Below are positions 12,241 through 23,658 of a DNA stretch of 64,000 bases, in pieces; position 1 is the first letter of the stretch; each line of letters opens with the position of its first letter. Source of the DNA: Torpedo marmorata (Eukaryota); contig OZ360238.1 of the NCBI GenBank assembly GCA_977017645.1, positions 42,470,001 through 42,534,000 of the forward strand. The letters are read 5' to 3'. The notes below the pieces were generated by a model. The model was given only the letters and a program-made list of their open reading frames with translations, did not search any database and had not been told where the DNA came from. The position numbers were made by a program, and so were the translations under genes.

Positions 12241-12608
12241 TATGGTTTTTACACAGCCGCTGCGTAACGGGAAATTATTGCAAAATTCCTGCAACGCAGG
12301 CTGTGTAAAAAGTTCGGAATGGAAATGAGTGACTCATTCCCGTTCCGAAATTTTTCCTGCGGCGGCCCTGGACATAATTCCGGACTGCCTGCAGTCTAAA
12401 CTGAACTGCAGGCGGTCCGCAACAATGGGCTAATGAATACGATGTCGACCCACGTCCAGCTACGTAAGTACCGCACCTCAGGTACTTAAGTCTAAAAACG
12501 CAGCGATATCCATACAGAGGTCATTCTGTGTGAACGGCCACTAACTCCGGAAGGTAGGTGTGAAAATTGCCGACAGAAAAAAAACGTCGGTTATGTGTAA
12601 TAACCATA
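12241..12608. mobile_element. PIF/Harbinger-like MITE
   Basis: 15-bp TIR TATGGTTTTTACACA / TGTGTAATAACCATA (1 mismatch); CpG-rich interior with GTGTGAA/GTGTAAA subterminal motifs; TSD not clear. Confidence 0.65.
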
Positions 12609-12637
12609 TGAATTGATTACCTGAGGAAGAACTAGGT

Positions 12638-12835
12638 CTGGAGAAACTCAGCAGGTCAAGCAGTGTCTTTTATGTAGCAAAGGTAGAAATACATAACCGA
12701 CGTTTGATGAAGGGCTCAAGTCTGAAACGTCGGTTATGTATTTCTACCTTTGCTACATAAAAGACACTGTTTGACCTGCTGAGTTTCTCCAGCATTTGTG
12801 TTTTTTACTTCAACTACAGATTTTCGTGTTTTACT
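12638..12835 (+). mobile_element. Young fold-back Penelope-derived insertion
   Basis: 68-bp inverted arms 12638-12705 and 12725-12792 (1 mismatch); perfect 15-bp TSD GAAGAACTAGGTCTG (12626-12640 and 12840-12854). Confidence 0.9.
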
Positions 12836-13715
12836 TCTTGAAGAACTAGGTCTGATGGATATATTTTTCCATGCATGTTTTAATAATATCTCTTGTTTGA
12901 AGAGTTATGTTGAATAAAATAAATCATAAAGGTGAGCTCATTTGAGCATTGTCTGTGTTCTTGATCGGAATTGCTCTTGCAATAATTGGAATTATCCACT
13001 AAACGATCCTGCTCACATTTATCATGCCATCAGACCTATAATTTTTGATTGCAAGCTATCGATTAACCTGAAAATGCTACTCAATTTCACACTCTGTGTA
13101 CATGGAATCAGAAATCATAGCAGCTAATTATTTGCCTATTAAGGCTGTAATTATATTGTCAATCCCCTGAGGGTAGAGATGACATTAGCATATGGTCTTG
13201 TGTGCACCCAGGTGTTTCTAAGTGTCTTTCATAGGTCACCATCCTTTATGGAATTCTGTCACAACCATAAACAATGGATTTGACTTTGCTCATGATCGGC
13301 TCATCACATTGCATTTTGCTACCAATACATGGTAGCACAGGCTATCGGATCAGAAATTCATGTTTGCCTGTGTTCACAAAGGATACATTATTGTGATGAG
13401 GCAAGGACTCAATAAAAAACACAAGGTATCCCATCCCCCACCGGCATTGCCCACCTCTTGCATGACTTTCACTTTCAAATTTCCAAAAGCAAAAGGAAAT
13501 GGGTATAAATCTTGTAATGAAAAGTAATACAAAAAAAAACTTTTCTTCCCAAACCAACCCGGGTTTTCAGAGAATGCAAGTAAAGGAGAGAGTGCACCAA
13601 GGACAATTTTGAATGAAAATTAAAAAAAAAATGATGCTGGATATCTGAAATAAAATCAAAACATTCTGAAAGCTATCAGCTGGTTTAGCAGGTAGAAGGG
13701 CAAGGGCAACCATAG

Positions 13716-14168
13716 CATGGGAACACCACCGCCTGGAAGTTGTTCTTCAAACCAGACACCAACGTGACATGGAAATACGTATATCACTGTTCGTTCGCGG
13801 TCGCTGGGTCAGAACCCTCGAACTCCCTCATTCACAACTTGGTGGATTTATCAGTTTTTACAATGCTATTACAGTTCTAGCGACCTGGTTTCAAATCTGG
13901 CGCTGTCTATAAGGAGTTTGTACGTTCTCCGCATGAACTGCGTGTGTTTTCTCCATGTGCTCTGATTTCTTCCTCCCCTCCAAAAACATACGGGATTTGT
14001 AGGTTAATTGGTACATTTGGGCAGCGTGAGCTCATGGGCCAAAGGGCCTGTTACCGTGCTGTATCTCAAATAAATTAAAGAATGCAGCTCACCAAGGGCA
14101 ATTAAGGATGGGCAATTAAATGCTGGCTCAGCCTGCGAAGCCCACATTCCTTGAATGAATACAAAAAG
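13716..14168 (+). mobile_element. Chondrichthyan CR1-type LINE 3' end, interrupted by a SINE
   Basis: GGAACACCACC...GTCGCTGGGTCA and CAAGGGCAATTAAGGATGGGCAATTAAATGCTGG...TGAATGAAT match my recollection of shark LINE 3' ends. Confidence 0.6.
13855..14078 (+). mobile_element. tRNA-derived V-SINE (HE1-like), older copy
   Basis: V-domain GGAGTTTGTACGTTCTCC and tail GGGCCTGTTACCGTGCTGTA. Confidence 0.75.
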
Positions 14169-14448
14169 GAGTTTTTGAGGTGATATTGGGAACCTCGAGT
14201 CCACTGGGAATTCACAGACACTTCATGTTCAGGAATGACGAGACCGTGTCAAACCACCTGACTGTCTGCTCCATCGGGCACCTCCGACCCCCCATCTTCT
14301 GAAGAATCTGTGTTGACTTCGTGAGCCACCTGGAATGAAAGGAAGTCAAACTCAATCATGAGGAACTGCCGAAGAAGTTTTTATTTAATAACCCACAAAT
14401 TCCTTCAGTCAACAGTTTTGGTCTATCTTTTGTAAACATTTTCATATA

Positions 14449-16440
14449 CAGGTCGAGTACCCCGTATCCGAAACGCCTGGGACCAGACGTTTTTCGGTTT
14501 ATGGTTTTTTTTTCGGTTTTCGGAACAATGGAACTAAGCAGCACAGTAGCATCAGCAGAATACCTGTATCCGCGGTTAAACAACAACAACAAACAACAGC
14601 AGGCTTTATGAGCGCCAACATGATGCCACAAGTGGAAAATTCACATGAAATAATGTTTAGTATTTACCAAAAAAAACTTGATCTCTGCTTACAAAAGAAG
14701 ATAAATGCAGCACCAAACACTAGAAATTCTCCTCGATGGCTTTTTCAAATGTTTCTGCCGCCGTTCCCGACACCTCCCCACCGCCACCGCCGGTCCCTGA
14801 CACCTCCCCACCGCCGCCGCCGTTCCCGACACCTCCCCACCGCCACCGCCGTTCCCGACACCTCCCCACCGCCACTGCCGTTCCCAACACCTGCCCACCG
14901 CCACCGCCGTTCCCGACACCTGCCCACCGCCACCGCCGTTCCCGACACCTGCCCACCGCCACCGCCGTTCCCGACACCTGCCCACCGCCACCGCCGGTCC
15001 CGACACCTGCCCACCGCCACCGCCGTTCCCGACACCTGCCCACCGCCACCGTTCCCGACACCTCCCCACCGCCACCGCCGTTCCCGACACCTCCCCACCG
15101 CCACCGCCGTTCCCGACACCTCCCCACCGCCACCGCCGTTCCCGACACCTGCCCACCGCCACCGTCCCCGACACCTCCCCACCGCCGTTCCCGACACCTC
15201 CCCACCGCCACCGCCGTTCCCGACACCTGCCCACCGCCACCGTTCCCGACACCTCCCCACCGCCACCGTTCCCGACACCTCCCCACCGCCACCGCCGTTC
15301 CCAACACCTCCCCACCGCCACCGCCGTCCCCGACACCTCCCCACCGCCGTTCCCGACACCTCCCCACCGCCACCGCCATTCCCGACACCTCCCCACCGCC
15401 GCCACTGGTCCCGACACCTCCCCACTGCCGCCGCCATTCCAAACACCTGCCCACCACCGCCACCAGTCCTGACACCTCTCCACCGCCACCGGTCCCTGAC
15501 ACCTCTCCACCGCCACCAGTCCTGACACCTCTCCACCGCCACCGGTCCCTGACACCTCTCCACCGCCACCAGTCCCTGACACCTCTCCACCGCCACCGGT
15601 CCCTGACACCTCCCCACCACCGCCGCTGGTCCTGACACCTCCCCACTGCCGCAGCTGGTCCTGACACCTCCCCACTGCCGCCGCCAATCCCTGACACCTC
15701 TCCACCATCGCCGCCAGTCCCGACACCTCTCCACCATCGCCGCCAGTCCCGACACCTCCCCACCGCCACCGCCGGTCCCCAACACCTCCCCACTGCCGCC
15801 GCCATTCCAAACACCTCCCCACCACCGCCACCAGTCCCTGACACCTCCCCACTGCCGCCGCCGGTTCCCGACACCTCCCCACCGCCGGTCCCCGACACCT
15901 CTCCACCGCCACCGGTCCCCGACACCTCTCCACCGCCGCTGGTCCTGACACCTCCCCACTGCCGCCGCCAATCCCTGACACCTCTCCACCATCGCCGCCA
16001 GTCCCGACACCTCCCCACCGCCACCGCCGGTCCCCAACACCTCCCCATCACCGCCGCCAGTCCCCGACTACGGTCCCTGCTCCTGCCCGGGAGCCCGAGG
16101 TCCCTGCTCCTGCCCGGGAGCCCGAGGTGACTTCTTCGATGCGGACGGCACCGCACCCGATGTTGAGAATGGAGTCGCCATCGCCGACTCCGGCTGCAGC
16201 TGATGCTGAAGACTTGGACCCAGCTCTGTTTGGCATCTTCCCGGCCAGAAGCAAAGATTTTGTTTTGTACCACAGAGCTCTGTTGTTACCAAACTAGCGC
16301 CAACAGAGCGTCAGATCTCCACATGGGAAAGTCAGGTGGTGAATTTTTTTCAACTTGTTACAGCATGTCGGCATTAAAAAAAAAATCGTTTTTTGGATCT
16401 TTTCGGTTTTTGGATCTTCGGATACGGGGTACTCGACCTG
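14449..16440. mobile_element. Non-autonomous Tigger4/Zombi-like (pogo) DNA transposon carrying a minisatellite
   Basis: Perfect 24-bp TIR CAGGTCGAGTACCCCGTATCCGAA (14449-14472 and 16417-16440), TA TSD, internal GCCACAAGTGGAAAATTC motif reminiscent of Tigger4/MER46; no transposase ORF. Confidence 0.9.
14757..16067. repeat. GC-rich minisatellite, unit ~23-29 bp (CCGTTCCCGACACCTCCCCACCGCCACCG)
   Basis: Roughly 45-50 tandem units differing in CCG/CCA triplet number; a ~27-bp tandem pair follows at 16072-16127. Confidence 0.95.
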
Positions 16441-16949
16441 TATTCTATTTAATCAACCTTTTGTCTGAATTATTATTTTGCGTGTATTTAATCTTGATCA
16501 TGCAGCTTTATCCAGTTCCAATTTACGAAGTGGCATCATAATTTAAAAATAAACTTAGATTTTTCCCTTTTTACATTTGGGAGGGAGATCAGGATGAATA
16601 GTTGTCTCATGTAGCTCAGCCTCGGAAATTGTCATACGCACTTTGACCATCACATGGAGATGCACTAACATAAGTTCCTTCCTCTTAATTTTTTGGAAGA
16701 TTTTTCATTTAATTTCACCTCAAAGATCCCTATCTGACCTTCACCATGCTAGAGAACAGCTTAATTCGGGACTTCAGGCATTCCCCAACTGAACCACTGT
16801 GTTAGAAAGCACCACTGAGCCTCTCAATTGTGATTGTGAGCTCAAGCCTTTCTTCGGAGACCTACAGATAGTCCCCATGCAAAGCTAAGGAGGTACTATA
16901 GTATCAGAGCAAGCCCGCAATAAATGAGACATTCATCCCAAGACTCAAC

Positions 16950-17146
16950 TGCCTAAGGTAAATGCAAAAGATCCTTTGGCACAATTTCAAAGGATAGTGG
17001 ATGCTTCTTCCAGATGTTCACACCATCCCACAATCAAAAATCCTGAAGAGGTTATCTGATTATTATCACATTGCTATTTCTGGGAGCTTGTATAATATAG
17101 GGCTTGTATTACAACAGTGACCACATTTATTTTAAAAGTACTTCAT
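16950..17146 (+). mobile_element. Old DeuSINE-like (SacSINE1/AmnSINE1-type) remnant
   Basis: TTATCACATTGCT...TGGGAGCTTG...ATTACAACAGTGAC...AAAAGTACTTCAT resembles the Deu domain and tail. Confidence 0.55.
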
Positions 17147-18930
17147 GCCCGACTTGAATCCTAGAATTCGAGAAATCCATGACACAGAAAGCCTTTAGCT
17201 CACCATATCAATGTTATCCAGGAAGGAGCCATACATAATTCCAAATTCTCCCCAGTTGCTATATAAATCTGTTTTTTTTTCCCTCTGAAGAGAAATAGCT
17301 AGTGGACAACTGGTGCTACCTCTCATTTCTCTCAGTGGACACTCATACCTGTGCCTCCACTACTCAGTTACCAACAAAATAAATTTTAAATGATTCTCAA
17401 AAATATTTTAAAGACTATGCACATTAAGGTATGTTCGTTAACTGCTTCACCCTTATTTGTAAGAAACATCCTTTTCATGCAAGCCTTTAACAAAGTACAA
17501 GTATTCTGACTTTAATATTAATGTTCAGTGTGGAGTGTTAATAATAGATAGCTGCTTTCATAAAAACAGCTTTGACCCTTAAAATCTACCGGTATTTTAA
17601 TGATGAAAAACCAAAGTACTAAATATTACATTATAGGAATTTATAACAATCATCTTCTAGAAATTTGCTCAGTGAATTTTTTTCCCTTATCTTAAATCTG
17701 TGTGGGTGTCTGGTACAGAGTCGGCTGACTAAAATAATGTATAGCAGGGGTAGATCAGAACAAGTGTTTTGTTAAGAGATAAGCCTCTATTCATTTCTCC
17801 ATTGTTAAGCCATTTGTACTCTGGGATGAGTGGAGTTCGCTTGCTTGATGCAGTAAACTATACAATATCTATTAGATTACAGGCACAGTGCAGGGTTTAG
17901 AAATGAGATTTTGAAGGCTTTGTAATTTTGTAAATGTGTCGTTATTCCTTTAGCCACTGATGTGATAAAATTGAAAAATAACTGCTGCAAACACAAAAAC
18001 ATGCTGAGTTCCTTTCCTTTACTCAGAGAATGATTGGAGAGTAAATCAGTCGGTAATAGATGGAGGTTTGAATCCCATGCTGTGGAAACATGTATAAAAT
18101 ATGTTGCATATTGAAATTAATTTAATCAGTAATGGGCTATTTTCATTTACATTAGAAACTTTGCTGTGGCCAACAGTTACTAAATAAAATTTTGGTTGTA
18201 TGACATCCCATATTGTATTTGACAGAGGGGACAGGTGCATTAGAATAAAATTCTGTGGTGATCCTTCACTCTGTCAGCCATGAATATTTTATTGCCTAAT
18301 GAATCATCTTTTTAAAATGAAGTTTCTTGTTGTAGTGTCACTGACGTTTAAAACAAAAAAATCTGCTCTTTTTGAAATCAGAACTCTGGAACATGCTGAC
18401 TCATACAAAAGTATTTAAAAGGTGGTAACACATTGGCTTGGTATGCCATCAGGTATGCTTTGCTGGTGTGAGTCACAGGAATTTAATCAATACCAATATG
18501 ATTATGCCCATGCGGCAATTATAAATTATTTAAAGCAGTATCCATAGGTTACTGACTTGTTGCCTTTAAATTAAATTCTCTGTCAATAATTGATGCAAAG
18601 AATTAATCTGAGAACACCTTCCAATGCTGGAACTTTTTGTTTGTGGCATGGTGTATTGAATTACTGTCTGTCACAAATCGCTGCCCTCATCTCCCTGTCT
18701 CTTCCACACACACTTTAGCTTTTGCCAAAATCATTTCGATGTCTTCATAAAGGGAACGAATGCATTGTTTGTGTGGAGAAGTCAGAACCAGCAAAAGGAT
18801 TTTATATTGCTTCATGTGCCTGAGCTTTCTTTGCACTGTCTCAATTCACTGGATGCCTGATAAATCATGATCAATATATTTGAGTAAATTCTGCAAAATG
18901 GGGATTGAATACTTAGTCTTAAGGAAGAAA

Positions 18931-19184
18931 TGTTGGCGTAACGGTCAGCGTAACGCCTTTACAGCGCCAGCGATCGGGTCCGGACTGGGATTCGAATCCC
19001 TCACTGTCTGTAAAGAGTTTGTACGTTCTCCCCGTGTCTGCGTGGGTATTCTCTGGGGGCTCCGGTTTCCTCCCACTGTTCAAAACGTACCGGGGGAGTA
19101 GGTTAATGGGGTGTAAATTGGGCGGCACGGACTCGTGGGCTAAAATGGCCTGTTACCGTGCTGTAAGTCTAAATTTAAAAAAAA
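18931..19184 (+). mobile_element. tRNA-derived V-SINE (HE1-like)
   Basis: A box TGGCGTAACGG, B box GGATTCGAATCC, V-domain GTTCTCCCCGTGTCTGCGTGGGT...CTCCGGTTTCCTCCCAC, A-rich tail. Confidence 0.88.
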
Positions 19185-19278
19185 GTTTTTGTTTTAGACT
19201 TTCACAAAGAATATACAGGACTGATATAGCTATTCTGGTCCAATCAGTGCATACCAGCATCTACAGTATGCTCTAAAT

Positions 19279-19488
19279 CAGCCATTCTCAGCCTTCTTTT
19301 GGTTATGGCCCCTTAGGACTCCACTCAAAATTTATGGGCCCCCAGTCAAGTCTAGTTGGTTTCTTCTGTACTTCTCTCCTACCAATTACATAAAAAACAT
19401 AAAAAATATTTTATGACTTCAGTCCGTGGCCCCACTTAAATGTGCTGTGGCCTCCAAGGGGTCAATAGGGCCCCGTTGAGAATGGCTG
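19279..19488 (+). mobile_element. hAT (Charlie-like) MITE, copy 2
   Basis: TIR CAGCCATTCTCA / TGAGAATGGCTG; left flank CTCTAAAT fits the NTCTARAN Charlie target. Confidence 0.78.
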
Positions 19489-20047
19489 GCTCAATGCCTC
19501 CTCCCATCTTTCATCATTGAAGTTCATCAATGTAACCCTCTATTTCAAGCTTCCTCATATACTTGTCCAACTATCCATAATAAACTTCCATTCTATTTGC
19601 ACTAGTCATTCCCTGTGTTCCACATACCCACTACTTTGTTGAAGAAGTTTTTGTTTTCTGTATTCCCTACTGGGATTCTTGTGACTATATTACATTGACG
19701 AAGTGACATATTCTCTCTCCATTGTTACTATCAAAACATTTCCTCATTTTAAATACCTCTAATAGATCACCCTTCAGTCATCAGAAAAATGATAGTTAGA
19801 TCGGTAATTCTACTTTCACTCTTTTAAATCTTTTCTGCGAATTATTCATTGTCTTTGTGCCTGGCAGCTCGTTCCACACTCTCACCACCTACTGTGAAGA
19901 AGTTCCCCTAAATGTTCCCCTTAAACATTTCACCTGTCACCCTTAACCCAATCCTCTAGTTCTTGTCTCACACAACCTGCAGATGCCTGCAGTCAGTGAG
20001 GCAATCATCTACTACTACTCTCTGGTTTCTCCTGAGAAGCCAATGTC

Positions 20048-21998
20048 TCAGAATCAGAATGAGAATTTATTGTCATGAACAAGTCATGAAATTCGGTGTT
20101 TTGCGGCAGCATCATAGTGCAATTAACATTCATATTATAACCATCTTACGACATTACTATAAAAAATATAAATAATAGTGTACGAAAAGTAAGGCAGTGT
20201 CTTTGGTTCATTGATTATTCAGGAATCTGATGGCAGCGGGGAAGAAGCTGTCCTTGTGCCGTTGAGTGCTCGTCTTTAGGCTCCTGTACCTTTTTCATGA
20301 TGGTAGCAGAGTGAAGAGGGCATGGCCTGGGTGGTGGGGGTCTTTGAGGATAGAGGCTGCTTTTTTAAGACACCGCCTCATGTAGATGTCCTCGATGGAG
20401 TGAAGTCTGGTGCCTGTGATGTCACAAGCCGAGCTAACAACCCTCTGGAGTTTATTCTTGTCCTGAGAGTTGGCGCCTCCATACCAGGCAGTGATGCAAC
20501 CAGCCAGAATGCTCTCCACGGTACACCTGTAGATGTTTATGAGAGTCTTCGGTGACATACCGAATCTCCTCAGACACCTCACAAAGTATAGCCGCTGGCG
20601 AGCCTTCTTTGCGATTGCATCAACGTGGAGGCTCCAGGACAAATCCTCGGAGATGTTGACACCCAGGAATTTGAAGTTCTTGACCCTCTCCACTACTGAG
20701 CCCTCAGTGAGGACTGGGTCGTGTTCCCCTGACTTCCTCCTGAAGTCCACAATCATCTCCTTGGTTTTGCTGACGTTGAGCTCAAGGTTGTTGTCGTTAT
20801 ACCATTCAACGAGCTGATCTATCTCCCTCCTGTACGCTTCCTCATTGCCGTTTGTGATTCTGCCAACAACTGTGGTGTCATCGGCAAATTTGTAGATGGC
20901 ATTGGAATTGTGCCTGGCCACACAGTCATGGGTGTATAACGAGTAGAGCAGTGGGCCAAGCATGCATCCTTGGGGTGCACCTGTGTTGATAATCAGTGAG
21001 GAGGAGACGTTGTTTCTAATTCGTACTGACTGTGGTCGTCCGATGAGAAAGTCAAGGATCCAGTTGCAGAGTGGGGTACAGAGGCCTAGAGTTTGTAGCT
21101 TCTTGACCAGTACTGAGGGAATAATGGTATTGAAGGCCGAGCTGTAGTCGATGAAGAGCAGCCGTATGTACGAATTGCTGTTTTCGAGGTGATCCAGAGC
21201 TGAGTGGAGAGCCAGCGATATTGCATCTGTTGTGGAGCGATTGTGACGATAGGCGAATTGCAGTGGGTCCAGATCTTTGCTTAGGTACGTGTTAATTCTG
21301 GCCATGACCAGCCTCTCAAAGCATTTCATCACAGTAGAAGTTAGTGCTACTTGGCGGTGGTTATTGAGGCAGCTCACACTACTCTTCTTGGGTAGATGAT
21401 TGATTCCCTTTTGAAGCAGGGTGGAACCTCTGACTGCCGCAATGAGAGTTTGAAAAGGTCCGTGAACACTCCGGCTAGTTGGTTGGTGCAGATTTTCAGT
21501 ACCCTGCCAGGTACGCCGTCAGGGCCTGACGCCTTGCGAGGGTTCACCCTCTTGAATGATGTTCTGACGTCGCCCTCAGGGACAGATATCTCAGGGTCCT
21601 CAGCCTTTTCACGGATTCTAGTAGGCACTGTTTGGTTCTTCTTCTCAAAGCGGGCATAGAAGGTGTTCAGCTCATCGGGTAGTGAAGCATCACAGCCGTC
21701 TATAGTGCTCGCCCTCGCTTTGTAGGCTGTAATGGCCTGCACTCCCTGCCATAGCTGGCGTGTATCTGTCTCTGTCTCTAGCTTCCTCCGGAATTGCCAC
21801 TTTGCTTCAGAGATGGCCTTCCGCAGGTCGTGCCTGGACTTCTTGTAAAGATCCCGGTCCCCGGCCTTAAACGCCCTTGTTCTTGCCCTGAGCAGGTTGC
21901 GAATTCTCTGATTCATCCAGGGCTTCTGGTTGGGGACCACCCGGTATTTGCGCGTGGGCACACACTCACCCACGCAGGTCTTGATGAAGTCGGTGACA
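20048..21998 (-). mobile_element. Rex1/Babar LINE, 5'-truncated, subfamily A copy 1
   Basis: RT motifs [49 protein letters not shown]; frameshift near 21390 and premature stop at 20295; (ATTCTG)n 3' tail. Confidence 0.92.
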
Positions 21999-22214
21999 CC
22001 TTACTATCTCATACTTGATACCTAGTGACTGAACCTACTTGACCAACCTCCCATACGAGACCTTACCAAAGGCCTTACTGAAAGACCATGTAGACAACAT
22101 CCACTGCCTTTCCTTCATCGACGTTCCTAATAATCTCCTTGTAAAACTCTGTAAGATTGGTTCGACATGACCTACCAGCACAAAGTCATGTTGACTATTC
22201 CCAATCAGTCCCTA

Positions 22215-22847
22215 TTCAAAGTTCAAAGTTCAGATTTATTGTGAGTGTACATACATGACATCACATACAACCCTGAGATTATTTTTCCTGTGGCCGGGCA
22301 GAATTTCTACTTATCTGTAGTGCAAAAAACTGTACTTAAGAAAAGACATGTATACAAAAGATAAAAATGTAAACAAAGAAAGAAGTGCAAGCAAACTGAC
22401 TGTGCAATACAGAAAATAAATATTCAATACTAAATAATATGCAAAGTAAGAGTCCTTAAATGAGTCTTCGATTGAGTTTATTGTTTAGGAGTCTGATGGT
22501 GGATAGGTAGCAACTGCTCCTGAACCTGGTGGTACAAGACTTGTGGCACCTATTCCTCTTTCCTGATGGCAACAGTGAGAACAGAGCATGTCCTGAGTGG
22601 TGTGGATCCTGGATGATTGCTGCTGCTCTCCGACGGCAACGTCCCATGTAGAATTTCTTGATGGTGGAGAGAGTTTTGCCTGTGATGTACTGGACTGTGT
22701 CCACTAACTTTTGCAGGGTTTTCCGCTCAGAGATATTGGTGCCCCCATACCAGGCCGTAATGCAGCCACTTCCCACTACACATCTGTAGAAGTTTGCCAA
22801 AGTTTTTGATGTCATGCCAAACCTCAGCAAACTCCTGAGAAAGAAGG
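22215..22847 (-). mobile_element. Rex1/Babar LINE 3' fragment (different subfamily)
   Basis: RFGM..TLANFYRC..CITAWYG..DPHHSGHALFSLLPSG; (ACTTTGA)n tail. Confidence 0.85.
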
Positions 22848-23658
22848 GTTTATCTAAGTACCAGTCTCTTAAAATACCTTCCAATAATTTACCCCCAACT
22901 GATGTCAGGCCTATAATTGCCCAGATTATTCTGAGAGTCTTTCTTAAAGAACAGAACAACATTCATTTTCCTTTAATCTTCCGACACCTAACCCATGGCT
23001 AAGGATGTTTTAAATACCTCTGCTAGAGCCCATGCAATTTCTGCATTCATCTCCCTCAAGGTCCGAGGATATATCTTGTCAGGGCCTGGGTATTTATTCA
23101 CCTTGATAGGCCTCGAGGCAGCAAGCACCTCCTCTTCAGTAATCTGTATAGGGTCTATGACCTCACTACTATTTTGCCTTACTTCTATGGACTGTGTCCG
23201 TATCAGTAAATACAGATGCAAAAAAAAATTGTGCTTGGTTTCTCTCTGCTCAGCCTTGTTTACTTGTGCCACAACTTCTAGTGATTGTTATGTTTCTGCT
23301 AAGAGATATCTTTGTTCCTGTACTCCACCCACCGCCAGCTTCACCCGCGCAGGCGCAGTAAGTAGAGACCAGGCGGCTACCCTTTACTGAGTAGGCGCTG
23401 AAGCCTAGGGGCTCGGTCCCCCTTACCCTCCTACTCAGCCTAATGGTTAATCTGCAAATGACTCCACCCAGACCTGCACCTTCCTACGAAAAAGAATTTT
23501 GTGTTCCATCTGCATGTATGCAGCCTGGTTTTATGCAAAGGACTATTAGAGACTGAAAGGTCACCATATCTCTGGAGCAAAAAAGATAATAAATAAATTA
23601 TTTGTTTTGATGCTCAACCATTGGAATACATCACACAAGTGTGAAGAAGATCTTTGTT

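Larger units (their letters stand above)
19840..23230 (-). mobile_element. Degraded CR1 LINE interrupted by two Rex1 insertions
   Basis: Pieces at 19840-20047, 22000-22214 and 22848-23230; translation includes ITEEEVL..KYPGPDKIYPRTLRE and LTSVGGKLLEGILRD (CR1 RT). Confidence 0.8.

Noticed and set aside
14757-16067. CRISPR-like array
   Set aside because: Units are head-to-tail with no unique spacers, there are no cas genes, and the context is vertebrate.
14608-16273. Five overlapping 299-517 aa Pro- or Gly/Arg-rich ORFs
   Set aside because: They arise from a stop-poor GC-rich minisatellite that is open in most frames on both strands, inside a MITE.
18931-19000. tRNA gene
   Set aside because: The A/B boxes belong to a SINE head continuing into a V-domain and tail; I found no convincing cloverleaf.
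22456-22962. 168-aa ORF
   Set aside because: Accidental CR1/Rex1 junction fusion.
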